The notes beneath the pieces were generated by a model, which made no database searches, was not told the DNA's origin, and saw only the letters and a program-made list of their open reading frames with translations. Position numbers and translations under genes: made by a program. Of a stretch of 64,000 nt of DNA, positions 40,388-50,828 are shown piece after piece (within the stretch, counting starts at the first letter, position 1; the number at the start of each line of letters is the position of its first letter). Location: contig CAWHEP010000004.1 of NCBI GenBank assembly GCA_963828525.1, forward strand, positions 96,001-160,000, written 5' to 3'. The DNA is from an uncultured Verrucomicrobiae bacterium (GTDB taxonomy: Bacteria > Verrucomicrobiota > Verrucomicrobiia > Chthoniobacterales > Chthoniobacteraceae).

Positions 40388-40984
40388 ATGAGGCGGACCG
40401 CGTTGCTCATCGTGGTTCTCCTCTCGCTTCGAGGAGTGGCGTGGACGGACGACCTGCCTTTGCCGACGAAAGAGATCACGGAATCGCCTGGCGCTGACGG
40501 GTTGTCACTGTTCCCGGAAACGGCGACAAAGCCCGTACTGACTGAGGTGTATGTCCTGCGCCTCGCCGGGCAACTGGAGCGGATGAAGCGGAAGGCCTCC
40601 TACGCAAAATATCTGTACAGCGAAGGTGTACTAGCCAAGGCGGAACAGGAAGAGAACGAGGTCTCGGTGCTCCGCGCGGAACGCGACCTGGAGCGCGCGC
40701 GCCTTGATGCGGCTCGCAAGGAATTCGAAGCCCAGCGCCGCCGGGCGGCGCGGGATGACATCGGGAAGCCCGCCTTCGACGCAGCCATGACGAAATTGGC
40801 CTTTGCCTTTGCGGCGTCCAGAAAGGCCGCCGATGACTGCAGCCGCGCGGAGCTTGATCTTGCTGTCTTGAACCTGCGGCGGCAGCAAAAGCTTTACACC
40901 ACCGGAGCGGCCAGCAGGGGAGATCTAAGGCGGGCCGAAGCGAGGCTCGCAAACGCGCGGGGAGGAGGCGCTGGGGCAAAGTGA
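40388..40984 (+). CDS. exported alpha-helical hypothetical protein
   Basis: Signal-like MRRTALLIVVLL; three repeats of an MFP/TolC-like helical hairpin motif (LYSEGVLAKAE / RDDIGKPAF / LYTTGAASRGD). Confidence 0.6.
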   Translation: MRRTALLIVVLLSLRGVAWTDDLPLPTKEITESPGADGLSLFPETATKPVLTEVYVLRLAGQLERMKRKASYAKYLYSEGVLAKAEQEENEVSVLRAERDLERARLDAARKEFEAQRRRAARDDIGKPAFDAAMTKLAFAFAASRKAADDCSRAELDLAVLNLRRQQKLYTTGAASRGDLRRAEARLANARGGGAGAK

Positions 40985-41368
40985 GGGAGCACAGGAAGCG
41001 GGTGCGCTGTGGACGCGACCCAAGAGCCGCTCGCCGGTCTCGGTTCGGCATTCTACGGTCTGCAAATTCCGGAGCGGGGCGAAGAAGTGTTGCCGGAGAA
41101 AGAGGCGCCGTTGCCTGTCTGGAAGATGGGACGCGTACTGCTCCGTAGAGAGACCGCGCGCCGGGGCGGAAAGACGGTGATCGTAGTTTACGACTTTGCT
41201 ACTCACCTGCCGGCCTCAATCATTGAGGCTGTCGCCAGTAAACTGCGCGCTTCTTGCGGTTGCGGGGGCGCGGTGAAAGATCGCCAAATAGAGGTTCAGG
41301 GTGATCAGCCCGAAAAAATCCGCGCGCTCCTGGAAACCGAAGGTTTCCGGGTCGCTGGGTTGAAGTGA
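40981..41368 (+). CDS. translation initiation factor SUI1/YciH family
   Basis: RRGGKTVIVV, LRASCGCGGAVKDRQIEVQGD; start uncertain (40981 or 41009). Confidence 0.88.
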
Positions 41369-42288
41369 CGATGGCGGCCCTTGTCGAGGTAGGGAATCTG
41401 TTCAAAAAATATGGCCCCGTCGAGGCCGTGCGGGGAGTGAGTTTCGAAATCGCCTCTGGCGAGATATTCGGGCTTCTGGGGCCGAATGGCGCAGGCAAGA
41501 CATCCACGCTTGAATGCGTGATAGGGCTGAGATCGCCCGACGGCGGCACGATCCGTCTCTGCGGGATTGATGCGCTTGCGCAACCACGCGAAGTGAAAGA
41601 GCGCATCGGGGTGGTGCTGCAATCCACGACGCTTCAGGACAAGATTACACCGCGCGAAGCGCTGCGGCTGTTCGGGGCATTTTACAAGAAGAAGGTCGAT
41701 CCCGTCGCTCTACTGACGCGGTTCGCGCTCAGGGACAAGGCAGATTCACCTTTTGAATCACTTTCGGGAGGGCAGAAACAGCGTCTTGCCCTCGCTTTGG
41801 CGTTCGTTAACGCGCCCGACGTGTTGTTTTTAGATGAGCCTACTGTCGGCCTCGACGCGCAGGCGCGCAGGGAGTTGCACGATTCCATCCTCGCGTCCAA
41901 AGAGGAGGGTCGCGCTGTTTTCCTGACGACACATAACATGGAAGAGGCTCAGCTCTTGTGCGACCGGCTGGCCGTCATAGATCACGGGATCATCATCGCC
42001 ATGGGAACACCCGATGAATTGATCGCTCAATCGCGAGCGATCCCGCGGATCGTCCTACGCAGCGCGCGTCCGGTAAATCTCAGCGAAGTGCTGAAGCTAA
42101 AAACCATATCGGATTCGGTCGCCTCTGGAGTGACGACAGAGATCAAGACGGAGGCTGTGGGTCGGGCAATAGCGGAGCTGGCGCGTTACCTCGAAGCGGA
42201 AGGCAACGAGTTACTTGATCTCAAGGTGATGAAACCCTCGCTGGAGGACGTCTTTATCGAACTGACTGGAAGCAGCTTGCGAGACTGA
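41365..42288 (+). CDS. ABC-2 type exporter ATP-binding protein
   Basis: LGPNGAGKTS, LSGGQKQR, LDEPTVGLD, PSLEDVFIELTG. Confidence 0.92.
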   Translation: MTMAALVEVGNLFKKYGPVEAVRGVSFEIASGEIFGLLGPNGAGKTSTLECVIGLRSPDGGTIRLCGIDALAQPREVKERIGVVLQSTTLQDKITPREALRLFGAFYKKKVDPVALLTRFALRDKADSPFESLSGGQKQRLALALAFVNAPDVLFLDEPTVGLDAQARRELHDSILASKEEGRAVFLTTHNMEEAQLLCDRLAVIDHGIIIAMGTPDELIAQSRAIPRIVLRSARPVNLSEVLKLKTISDSVASGVTTEIKTEAVGRAIAELARYLEAEGNELLDLKVMKPSLEDVFIELTGSSLRD

Positions 42289-42289
42289 A

Positions 42290-43690
42290 ATGGGAGGCTT
42301 GCGACAACATCTTTTGCTTTCGCTTCGGTTGAACTTCCGCAGCCCGCAAGCGCTTATCTACGGCTACCTTGTGCCTGTCTTCTTCTTGCTGGCTTTCGGG
42401 AGCGTCTTTCGATCATCCGTCCCGCCTCTCACGCGCGAGATGGGGCAGCTTCTCACCATCACCGTCTTCGGCGGCGCCTGCTTTGGCATGCCAACGGCGA
42501 TGGTTGCCGAACGGGAGCGCGGCGTCTGGCGTCGCTACAGGTTGCTGCCAACGGCGTCAGCAAATTTGATTCTTAGCGCCATGGTGGCTCGGTATTTCAT
42601 AGTTCTTGGTGGCGCGGTGATGCAAATCATTCTGGCGTGGTGCGTCTACCGCACCCCCTTACCATCCCATCCCGCGGAGATGTTGGTGTCATTCTCCTGC
42701 GTGTGCTTCGCGTTTCTGGGAATGGGCCTCATCATAGCGATGGTTGCGGACACCGTCCCATCCGTGCAGGCGCTCGGACAGGCGATTTTTCTTCCGATGA
42801 TTATGATCGGCGGGGTTGGTGTCCCCCTGCGCGCTCTTCCGCTTTGGGCATGGCATGTCGCCGCGTTCCTGCCGGGCCGGTATGCGGTGGAGGCGCTCGA
42901 CGCTTGCATCCTGCCTGCCGCTCCCGGTCTAGGCGGTTCCCGGTTCGCCCTCTCGGCGCTTCTGGCAGTCGGCTGCGCGGCCCTGCTCGCTGGCTCCGGA
43001 TTGTTCCGCTGGGATGTAAACCAGCGGCTCACCGGCCGGAAGAAAGGGTGGATTGCGGTCGCGCTTTTCGGCTGGGCAATCGTCGGCTTGGCAGCAGAGT
43101 GGACAGGACGGCTGACGATGCCCCTTGACCCGCCCAATCACGATGTCCCGCAAAGTTCAGCCACCAGCGTCCGCCCAGCGCCGGTCCTAATGCATAAGGA
43201 GCCTTGGGAGGCGCTGACAGCCGCCGATCTGAACGCGGTTACGTACGATGACGTCTTGCCGGATGAAGGCGTAGTGACCCCGGTGATGACGAATCTCGAC
43301 TCCCTGGACGATTCTGACCGAAATCGCCTGGACTCGTTTGAGCAGAAACTCGCAACCTGGCCCCCCGCGAAAGAGGGCGACAGGGTTCAGCGAGTCCGGA
43401 ATTTGCTAAGCGCCTGCGCGATTCCTGACGCGCTGGAAGATCCTTTGGAAGGCGCCGTCCCAATGGTTGTGTTCCAAAAGCTCAGGAGCAATATGCCAGA
43501 GAACGATCTCAAGAAGCTCCTGTGCTGGATCATACAGCACCCTGACGAAGGCAAAGTGTTGTTGCAAATACCGGAGTTGGGCATTGATGGTGAAATGTTC
43601 GAGCAACGGATCAGAGAACGCTCAACGTTGTACGCCAAAAAGCTTCTTTATCGCCTGATGGGGAAAACGGAGCGCAACTACGGCCGGTAA
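42290..43690 (+). CDS. ABC-2 type permease with extra C-terminal soluble domain
   Basis: ERERGVWRRYRLLP, ~7 TM segments, then ~190 aa of hydrophilic sequence. Confidence 0.85.
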   Translation: MGGLRQHLLLSLRLNFRSPQALIYGYLVPVFFLLAFGSVFRSSVPPLTREMGQLLTITVFGGACFGMPTAMVAERERGVWRRYRLLPTASANLILSAMVARYFIVLGGAVMQIILAWCVYRTPLPSHPAEMLVSFSCVCFAFLGMGLIIAMVADTVPSVQALGQAIFLPMIMIGGVGVPLRALPLWAWHVAAFLPGRYAVEALDACILPAAPGLGGSRFALSALLAVGCAALLAGSGLFRWDVNQRLTGRKKGWIAVALFGWAIVGLAAEWTGRLTMPLDPPNHDVPQSSATSVRPAPVLMHKEPWEALTAADLNAVTYDDVLPDEGVVTPVMTNLDSLDDSDRNRLDSFEQKLATWPPAKEGDRVQRVRNLLSACAIPDALEDPLEGAVPMVVFQKLRSNMPENDLKKLLCWIIQHPDEGKVLLQIPELGIDGEMFEQRIRERSTLYAKKLLYRLMGKTERNYGR

Positions 43691-43777
43691 CAGATTCGTA
43701 GAAACGCAGGGTTGCCAAAGAAACATCAACCAATGAATATATTGCATTCCATCCCCTAAACCGAAGGTCTTTGATCG

Positions 43778-44224
43778 ATGAAAATCCTCCATCTTTTTCT
43801 GGTTGTCCTTAGCCTCGCCGTCTCCGCGGTCGCATCCGCCGACGAGGAAAAGAAGGTGGTCATTTCTGGAGGGGATCAGATGAAGTATGATGTCACGAGC
43901 ATCGACGTTGCGGCAGGTCAGAAGGTGACCGTCACTCTCACCAACGCCGGCAAGCTGCCGAAGGCTGCGATGGCGCACAATTTTGTTCTTTTAAAAGCGG
44001 GAACCGACATCAACGCCTTCGCAGGAGCCGCTATTTCCCATCCAGACGAGGGCTACATTCCCCCGGAAATGCGAGACAAAATCATTGCTCAGACCAAACT
44101 CCTCGGACCGGGCGAGTCGGAAACTATCACGTTCACCGCGCCTGCCGCAGGCGTTTACGACTACATCTGTACTTTCCCCGGCCATGCGATAACAGGTATG
44201 CGGGGCGTCCTGAAGGTGAAATGA
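43778..44224 (+). CDS. azu: azurin (type 1 blue copper protein)
   Basis: DQMKYD, GKLPKAAMAHNFVL, TKLLGPGE, copper ligands C-TFPG-H-x3-G-M. Confidence 0.9.
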   Translation: MKILHLFLVVLSLAVSAVASADEEKKVVISGGDQMKYDVTSIDVAAGQKVTVTLTNAGKLPKAAMAHNFVLLKAGTDINAFAGAAISHPDEGYIPPEMRDKIIAQTKLLGPGESETITFTAPAAGVYDYICTFPGHAITGMRGVLKVK

Positions 44225-44306
44225 CGCGATTGCCGGCGTTTGCAAAGGCGCGGTTCAACAACTCTCCATGCCACGCTGGCATTCACTCGTGAACACCAAC
44301 TTCCAT

Positions 44307-45278
44307 ATGAAAATCGCTCGCGCCGCCTTTCTCGTTGTACTCGCCGTGTGCGTTTGCGTTAATGCGGTGACCGCCGATCCCGCTCCAAAAAAGCTGCTCG
44401 TCGTCTCGGTTACAACCGGCTTTCGCCATTCGTCTATCGCGGATGCGGAGAAGGCGTTGATGCAAATGGCCGACCAGACACATGCGTTCACGCTCGATTT
44501 TGCGCGTCAACCTGCTGGAAAACCAGCAGCGCCGAAGAAGCCGACCGCTCCAAAGGCAAATGCTTCGGGCGACGCGCAGACCGCCTTCGAGGGGGCTATG
44601 GTCAAATACAATGCCGATCTCGCGGCAGCGCAACCAGCGTTGGCGAAGTGGGACGCGGATGTGAAACAGGCGCTCCTCAAGCTGGCTCCAGAGTCACTTA
44701 AGAACTATGACGGCGTGATCTTCGCAAGCACAACGGGGGATTTGCCAATCCCCGACAAGGAGGGCTTTCTCGCCTGGATCAAGGCGGGTCATGCTTTCAT
44801 CGGCATCCATGCCGCGACCGACACATTCCACGGCTGGCCGGCGTATATTGATATGATCGGGGGCGAGTTTCAGACGCACCACGCCCAAGTTGCCGCTGAA
44901 TGTTTTAACAAAGATCCGCAACACCCTGCTACCAGGAGTCTGGGAGCGAAGTGGGAAATACAGCAGGAGGAACTTTATCGATTCAAAAACTACGATGTCA
45001 CGCGTGTCCATGAACTGCTGGCCCTGGAGAAAGATCCCAATGATGGTTCCCCGGGACACTTCCCGATGGCGTGGTGCAAGGAATATGGAGCAGGCAAGGT
45101 TTTTTATACCGCGCTGGGCCACCGCGAGGATCTGTGGGACAACGACCCGGCCTTGAAAGATCGGAAAAACTCGGTGGAGACGGCCAAAGCGTTCCAGGCG
45201 CATGTGCTCGGAGGCATATCATGGGCCCTCGGTCTGGAGACTGGCGATGCCAAACCGCAGGCGCAACAGGTGAAGTAA
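44307..45278 (+). CDS. secreted ThuA-like domain protein
   Basis: TTGFRHSSI, FIGIHAATDT, GGEFQTH, GKVFYTALGH. Confidence 0.88.
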   Translation: MKIARAAFLVVLAVCVCVNAVTADPAPKKLLVVSVTTGFRHSSIADAEKALMQMADQTHAFTLDFARQPAGKPAAPKKPTAPKANASGDAQTAFEGAMVKYNADLAAAQPALAKWDADVKQALLKLAPESLKNYDGVIFASTTGDLPIPDKEGFLAWIKAGHAFIGIHAATDTFHGWPAYIDMIGGEFQTHHAQVAAECFNKDPQHPATRSLGAKWEIQQEELYRFKNYDVTRVHELLALEKDPNDGSPGHFPMAWCKEYGAGKVFYTALGHREDLWDNDPALKDRKNSVETAKAFQAHVLGGISWALGLETGDAKPQAQQVK

Positions 45279-45293
45279 GGGGCGAGAAATACC

Positions 45294-45321
45294 TTGCAAT
45301 CCAAAAAGAAACATCTAACTT
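45294..45321 (+). promoter_or_regulatory. sigma70-like promoter of rpsN
   Basis: TTGCAA-N16-TAACTT ending 11 nt before ATG 45333. Confidence 0.5.
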
Positions 45322-45332
45322 CCTGACCTTCT

Positions 45333-45602
45333 ATGGCAAAGACAAGTTGGATTGAGAGAGAAAAGCGCAAACGGGCGACCGTCGTGAAGTACGCCGCCGT
45401 GCGCGCCGAACTCAAGGCGAAAAAGGATTACATGGGGCTTTCGCAACTTCCTCGGAACGCCAGTCCCTGCCGGGTGACGAATCGATGCCTTCAGAGCGGA
45501 CGCCGCCGCGCGTTTATGCGCCGTTTCAAGCTTTCCCGTATCGCTTTTCGCGAACTGGCTTTAAACGGGATGATTCCCGGCGTAACCAAGTCGAGCTGGT
45601 AG
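45333..45602 (+). CDS. rpsN: 30S ribosomal protein S14, 89-aa zinc-free (C-) type
   Basis: MAKTSW, LPRNASP.R..NRC..SGR.R.FMRRFKLSRIAFRELA..G.IPGVTKSSW. Confidence 0.96.
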   Translation: MAKTSWIEREKRKRATVVKYAAVRAELKAKKDYMGLSQLPRNASPCRVTNRCLQSGRRRAFMRRFKLSRIAFRELALNGMIPGVTKSSW

Positions 45603-45662
45603 CCAGTTCGGTTTTTGGAACAGCGACGCGCGACGCGCGCGCTGATTCTTGAGGCTAATCGC

Positions 45663-47054
45663 ATGGGTGTTCTAAGTGTCACTGTTTTCACCACTTGGGA
45701 ACCGGGCGAGCAGATTCTCTTCAAGCTTCTCGTCATTTTCGTTCTTGTTCTCCTGAATGGATTCTTTGTCGCGTCCGAATTTGCCTTCGTAAAGATTCGC
45801 GGCAGCCAGCTTGACGCGCTGATCGAGGAGGGCGACAAACGCGCGGCGCTGGCCAGACACGTCACCTTGCACCTCGACGCGTACCTCTCCGGCACACAAT
45901 TCGGCGTTACTCTTTCCAGTCTTGCGCTCGGCTGGCTGGGCGAACCTTTCCTCGCCAGGATGATCGAGCCGTTCTTCGCTTTGCTGCATGTGGACTCTGT
46001 CACTGTAGTCTCCGGTTGCGCGATTGCCCTTGGCTTCATGGCAATCACTTTTTTCCACATCATTCTTGGGGAACTGGCTCCAAAGTACCTGGCCATTCGA
46101 AAACCTGTGCCGGTGTCTCTGGCTCTGGTTCGCCCGTTGACGCTGTTCTATGGTGTCTTCAAACCTGCCATCTGGTGCTTGAACAAGTCTTCCAATTTTA
46201 TCCTTAAGAATCTCTTCCATCTCGATCCAGTCGGAGGCGCGGAGCTCGCTCACAGCGAAGAAGAGCTGCGGGTGATTTTGACGCAGAGCGAAAGCGCGGA
46301 AGAAGTCACTCCTTTGGGTAAAGAGATACTGATGAACGCGCTGGATCTCCGCCATCGTGTTGTGCGCGACATCATGACTCCGAGGGGAGAGGTCGTTTTC
46401 CTCAACACGGAAGATTCCTTCGAGGACAACCTGAAGGTCGCTCAGCACTCCCGGCATACCCGGTTCCCACTTTGCAAAGGCCACTTTGACGAAACGATCG
46501 GGCTTGTTCACATAAAGGATCTCCTGTTGCTTCTGCGCCAGCAGAAGCCCGACCTGAACGCGATTCGTCGCGACCTTCTCCAAATTCCCGAGATGATGCC
46601 GCTTGAGAAGCTCCTCAAGTTTTTTCTCGCGCGCCACGCGCACCTGGCGCTCGTGATTGATGAATATGGCGGCACGGTCGGCATTGTCTCGCTGGACAAT
46701 GTGCTCGAGGAAATTGTCGGTGATATTCAGGACGAATTCGACGCGGAGCAGCAAGAGTATAGACGAATTAACGACGACGAATTCGTTGTGGATGGAACTC
46801 TCGGCCTCTACGAACTAAACGATCTTGCCGGGTTCGAACTGGAAAGCGCGGACGTCAGCACGGTCGGGGGTTACGTGACACACCTCCTGGGTCATCTTCC
46901 CAAACAGGGGGAAACGACGCGCATTGAAAACTATCTGGTAACCATCGCCCAGACGAACGGGCGCCGGATCGTGCAGCTGAACTTCAAGAAGCAGGTCACG
47001 CAGCAAGCACCGGCAGAAAGCAAGGCGGCGGAATCCGCTGCGAAGAACTGGTAA
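45663..47054 (+). CDS. hemolysin-family CNNM/CBS/CorC protein
   Basis: [45 protein letters not shown]. Confidence 0.93.
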   Translation: MGVLSVTVFTTWEPGEQILFKLLVIFVLVLLNGFFVASEFAFVKIRGSQLDALIEEGDKRAALARHVTLHLDAYLSGTQFGVTLSSLALGWLGEPFLARMIEPFFALLHVDSVTVVSGCAIALGFMAITFFHIILGELAPKYLAIRKPVPVSLALVRPLTLFYGVFKPAIWCLNKSSNFILKNLFHLDPVGGAELAHSEEELRVILTQSESAEEVTPLGKEILMNALDLRHRVVRDIMTPRGEVVFLNTEDSFEDNLKVAQHSRHTRFPLCKGHFDETIGLVHIKDLLLLLRQQKPDLNAIRRDLLQIPEMMPLEKLLKFFLARHAHLALVIDEYGGTVGIVSLDNVLEEIVGDIQDEFDAEQQEYRRINDDEFVVDGTLGLYELNDLAGFELESADVSTVGGYVTHLLGHLPKQGETTRIENYLVTIAQTNGRRIVQLNFKKQVTQQAPAESKAAESAAKNW

Positions 47055-47131
47055 AAACGCGATCCGAAACCGCGGGGCACCTTGCGATGCCGGCGCAACC
47101 CGACGGGATCATGCCAGCGCCGGACGCCAGA

Positions 47132-49058
47132 CTAAGTCTTGCTTGTGGCGAATCCCGGCGTTGGTGACCGCTGGCCGGAAGTCCCCGGGATAATTCTTGC
47201 AGCGGCGAAAGAGCGCCACATGCCAAGAGGAATATTCGCAACGCAGATCAGCGCGAGCTGGCTAGCAATGAACAGCGCGAGCCAAAAGAATGCCCGGTCG
47301 ATGAATCCGTAGGAATGGAGGCCGACCCCGAGCATATTCACTCCGAACCATGAAAGACTGGTCACGACATTGCCAAAGAGCGCCATTGTCATCAATCCTC
47401 GCTGGCGGATGAAGCCGCCCCAGCGGGCATGCAATATGACCGCGTTCCAGAGGACAATGAGAAGCGCTCCGTTCTCCTTCGGATCCCAGCCCCAAAACCT
47501 GCCCCAGCTCTGGTCTGCCCAGATACCGCCGAGAATCGTCCCGACGAAACTGAAAAGGGTGGCGAAGCAGACAATTCCGTAAACCATGCGCTCCAGAGAC
47601 TTCGCGATCTCGGGAGTAAGTCCAGAGGTCAGGATGCCGCGCGCAACATAGATAATGGCAAGAAATCCGGCGAGGAACGTCGAGGCATAACCGAGCGTGA
47701 TTACCACGACGTGAGTGGACAACCATAGGTTGGAATTCAGTACCGCGCGCATAGCCTCCATCGTGTCACCCGAAGCCGAGAGATGATGAGCGATGATGAG
47801 CGTCAGAAAACCAATCATCCCGGCTGTGGCGCTGCCAATACCGTTCCGGTATATCCGCTCGATGATGATCGCGAGCAAGACAGCTCCCCAGCCCACGAAC
47901 ACTGCCGAGGAGTAGAGGTTTGTAACGGGGGGGCGGTCTTGCAAGTAGATCCGCGATACCAGCCCCGCAGTGTGGAGGGTGAAGGTAAGCGCCGTTAGAT
48001 AGTACCCGACTTTCCCGAGCGCGACCGGCCAGAGCAGCCATGAGAAACACGCCAGCACCAGCACCAGCACGTAGAGGAACATGCAGCGATAGAACGGCGC
48101 GACTCGATTGAAGAGGAACTCGTAGTCTATTTTCCGCAGGGAACCTCTGTAGTTGTGAGCCAGCCAGTCTCTGTATTTCAGGCATTGATCTTCGAACCCG
48201 GCGTGGTCTGGCGCTCGATAGGCAGTGCGAATATCCGCCAGCAGCAAGATCGCCGGACTCAGCTTTCTGCTCATGATGGAATCCAGGAGATTCTCGCCGA
48301 TCGTTGAAAAGGCGGCATGTGAATCCGCATCCTTTGCAGGCGGGATGGGATTAAGGCAGGCCAGCCTCGCCAGAAGATCATACCGTTTAGTGAAATCGAC
48401 CAGGGCGTCGAGGTCCTCCTTGCTGAATGCCTCATTCGCCGCGCGTTTGTGGATTGCCACCAAGCCGGGATCTATCGCTGCCTGGAATGTCGCGATCTCG
48501 TCCGCAAGAGGAGGCGCGCCTTCCGCTTGCACACTGTTGGCGAGCCGATGGTAGAGCACAAGCTGCTCATGCAGCTTCAGAATATCTCTCTGAAACAGCG
48601 ATCGCTCTCCCGAGTCCACAGTCTCCGCCAGCCCGGCCTGTCGCTCGATTTCATCAAGAGACGCCTTCAACTGAGCGAAGGAATAAAGCTTTCCGTCCGC
48701 GCTCTTGTAGTTGGCTAGATGGAGGTACATCCTCGTTGTTTATGAGGAAAACCTTGTAGCTCTCCGCTGCCTCCGGGCGGAACAACACATCCTGCAGCCA
48801 CTCATTGGCGCTGACAAGGCGCCCTTCATCCCCCTGGCTTTGCGCATCGTGGAAAGTCTGTTTGCCGCTAAGAATCAGCAGCGAATTCCGAGCAACGGAA
48901 TCCATTGGCTGCAAGCGCCCGTTTGCCATAACTGGCAGCCGGCCGAAAGTTTCGGAACCCGGAGACGGTTTCGCCCCGCCCGGTAGAAACGGCAGGACAG
49001 ACAGTCCCAAAGCGATGACAAACCAAAGCGCTGTTCGCTCGCGGGGGTGCGTATCCAT
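47132..49058 (-). CDS. ccsA: cytochrome c synthase CcsA/ResC (system II), long form; 1-nt indel near 48725
   Basis: WWD motif WADQSWGRFWGWDPKE, WLSTHV, GLHSYG; the N-terminal GRLQPMDSVAR lies in the other frame. Confidence 0.92.
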
Positions 49059-49060
49059 TT

Positions 49061-50212
49061 TCAGGCAGTCCTCCTCGCGGAGAAGCGGACGAGATGAGTC
49101 GAGAATTGGAGAATGAGACCGAGGGCTACCAGGCTGCATGAGGTGTAAGGGAGAAGCCAGTTGGGATTCTTTACCACCTGCAATATCGTCGTCTTATCAT
49201 CATTATCAAAGCTTGCCTGGTAAAAGGCCTCGCCCTCATAACGCAGAGGGTGGTTCATATAGACAAGGACGTTTCTGTCCTCCTTCTTTTCGGGATATTT
49301 CAGATGCAGAAGGCTTGAGAAAACACTCGGGATATCGGTGCCGGCGTATTTCTCGTGAGTGAACTTCACCAGCTGAAGGCTGAAAGGTTTGTAGAATCGG
49401 CGCTGTCGGAGCTCAATCGCGTACTGTTTGCCGAGATACGTGAAATGCTGGTGCGCCCCAAGGCCGTTTGAGACCATCCACGTTCCCAGCGAACCGTCTG
49501 TGGACGCAAGTTCCACGTAGCAGGTGGTGATATTCCGCAAATCCTCCTTTGTGACGGGAGGCAGTTCCGTCGCCTCCACGTTCTGTCCGATCCCCGTTGT
49601 TACCCCAGACTTGTCCTCGGCGCCGGAACGGGGACCCAGGTTGGAGTTGAGCATGAAGCGCTTTACCTTCACCAGAAACGGAAGGTCCGGGTGCTGGAAA
49701 GTGTCCCCTGTCTCCAGGAGTTTCTGCGGGATTGCCACGACCTTGTCATAATCGGGATGAGAGAGATCGATTATGGCGAGCTCTGTCTCCTGGAGGCTCT
49801 CGGAATAATTCTTCGATTGTCCCTCGTCCAGGCGGATCTGCGTCTCGACGGCAAAGAAATCCGTCAGCAAGACGCTCAGGAGGAGCAGGATGATTCCGAA
49901 ATGGATGAGATTGATGCCAGCGCGCTTCCAAATCAGTTTGAACCGGTAGATGTGAGCGAACACAAGGTTGAGGAGCAGAGCTGTGCCGATGGTGTATCCG
50001 CCTGGTAGAATTGGCACTTTGAAAGCGGTTCCCGGCGGAGTCCAAAAAACTAGAAAGCTCTGAAAAAATCTATGCTGGGCAGCGTGGATTCCCACATCCA
50101 CCTGCGCCAATGTGCCGCAAACTACCAAAATCATGGCGAAGCAGAGGCATATGATCGTGAGCCTTAACGAGATAAAGAAGCGGCCCAACGCCGGGAGTGA
50201 ATCAGCCTTCAT
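49061..50212 (-). CDS. resB: cytochrome c biogenesis protein ResB/Ccs1
   Basis: FFISLRLTI, GTLAQ, LIHFG, MNHPLRYEG..FYQASF. Confidence 0.88.
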   Translation of the reverse strand: MKADSLPALGRFFISLRLTIICLCFAMILVVCGTLAQVDVGIHAAQHRFFQSFLVFWTPPGTAFKVPILPGGYTIGTALLLNLVFAHIYRFKLIWKRAGINLIHFGIILLLLSVLLTDFFAVETQIRLDEGQSKNYSESLQETELAIIDLSHPDYDKVVAIPQKLLETGDTFQHPDLPFLVKVKRFMLNSNLGPRSGAEDKSGVTTGIGQNVEATELPPVTKEDLRNITTCYVELASTDGSLGTWMVSNGLGAHQHFTYLGKQYAIELRQRRFYKPFSLQLVKFTHEKYAGTDIPSVFSSLLHLKYPEKKEDRNVLVYMNHPLRYEGEAFYQASFDNDDKTTILQVVKNPNWLLPYTSCSLVALGLILQFSTHLVRFSARRTA

Positions 50213-50828
50213 CTGGGAACCGCGCAGATTTCACGAAGTCGACAAATCGCTGCTTCTCCTCCGCAACCACCGGGTCGGCGCCAGTCATCTTGAAGAACCA
50301 GGTTCGCTCATTTCTCTTCAGGATGGCCGCAAGCGTCCTCGTTTTGAATCTGTTTTTTGCCAAGGTTTTTTCACTCACCATGTCCAGCAGGATAAAGGGA
50401 TCACCGCCACCGGGGATGGGTGTCTCGACGCGGGAGAGGCTATCATCATCGATGGGAGGCAGGCTGAGCTGGCCGCGCCAGCGGTTAACGTTGGCCAGGT
50501 CACCGCCGCCAGTTCCCCCCAGGGATACCACTGAGATGTCGGCCTTCTCTCCTTCCGCTCCGGCGAACGTGAAACTCGCGATCCGCATTGCGGACGGCGG
50601 CTGTTCAATCCAGCCGGAAGGCAGATTCCATGTGGGCTTTTTCGAGGGGGCGTCAGTAGCGGCCAGACTCGGAGCCCCCGGCATAGGAGCTTCCGGTTCT
50701 TTCGGGATAGTATAAGACTGAATGGTCTCGTCGCGGCAGGATGCGAGCGCGAGAATGCAAAAAATCGCAGCCGCTGTCGCCCGCGCATGCCGGACGAGGT
50801 AGGGGGAGGTGGTCATGGACGCCGGCAC
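50202..50828 (-). CDS. lipoprotein linked to resB/ccsA
   Basis: Lipobox LASC; WNLPSGW, MRIASF, ANVNRWRGQL, TWFFKMTG. Confidence 0.75.
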   Translation of the reverse strand: MPASMTTSPYLVRHARATAAAIFCILALASCRDETIQSYTIPKEPEAPMPGAPSLAATDAPSKKPTWNLPSGWIEQPPSAMRIASFTFAGAEGEKADISVVSLGGTGGGDLANVNRWRGQLSLPPIDDDSLSRVETPIPGGGDPFILLDMVSEKTLAKNRFKTRTLAAILKRNERTWFFKMTGADPVVAEEKQRFVDFVKSARFPDEG

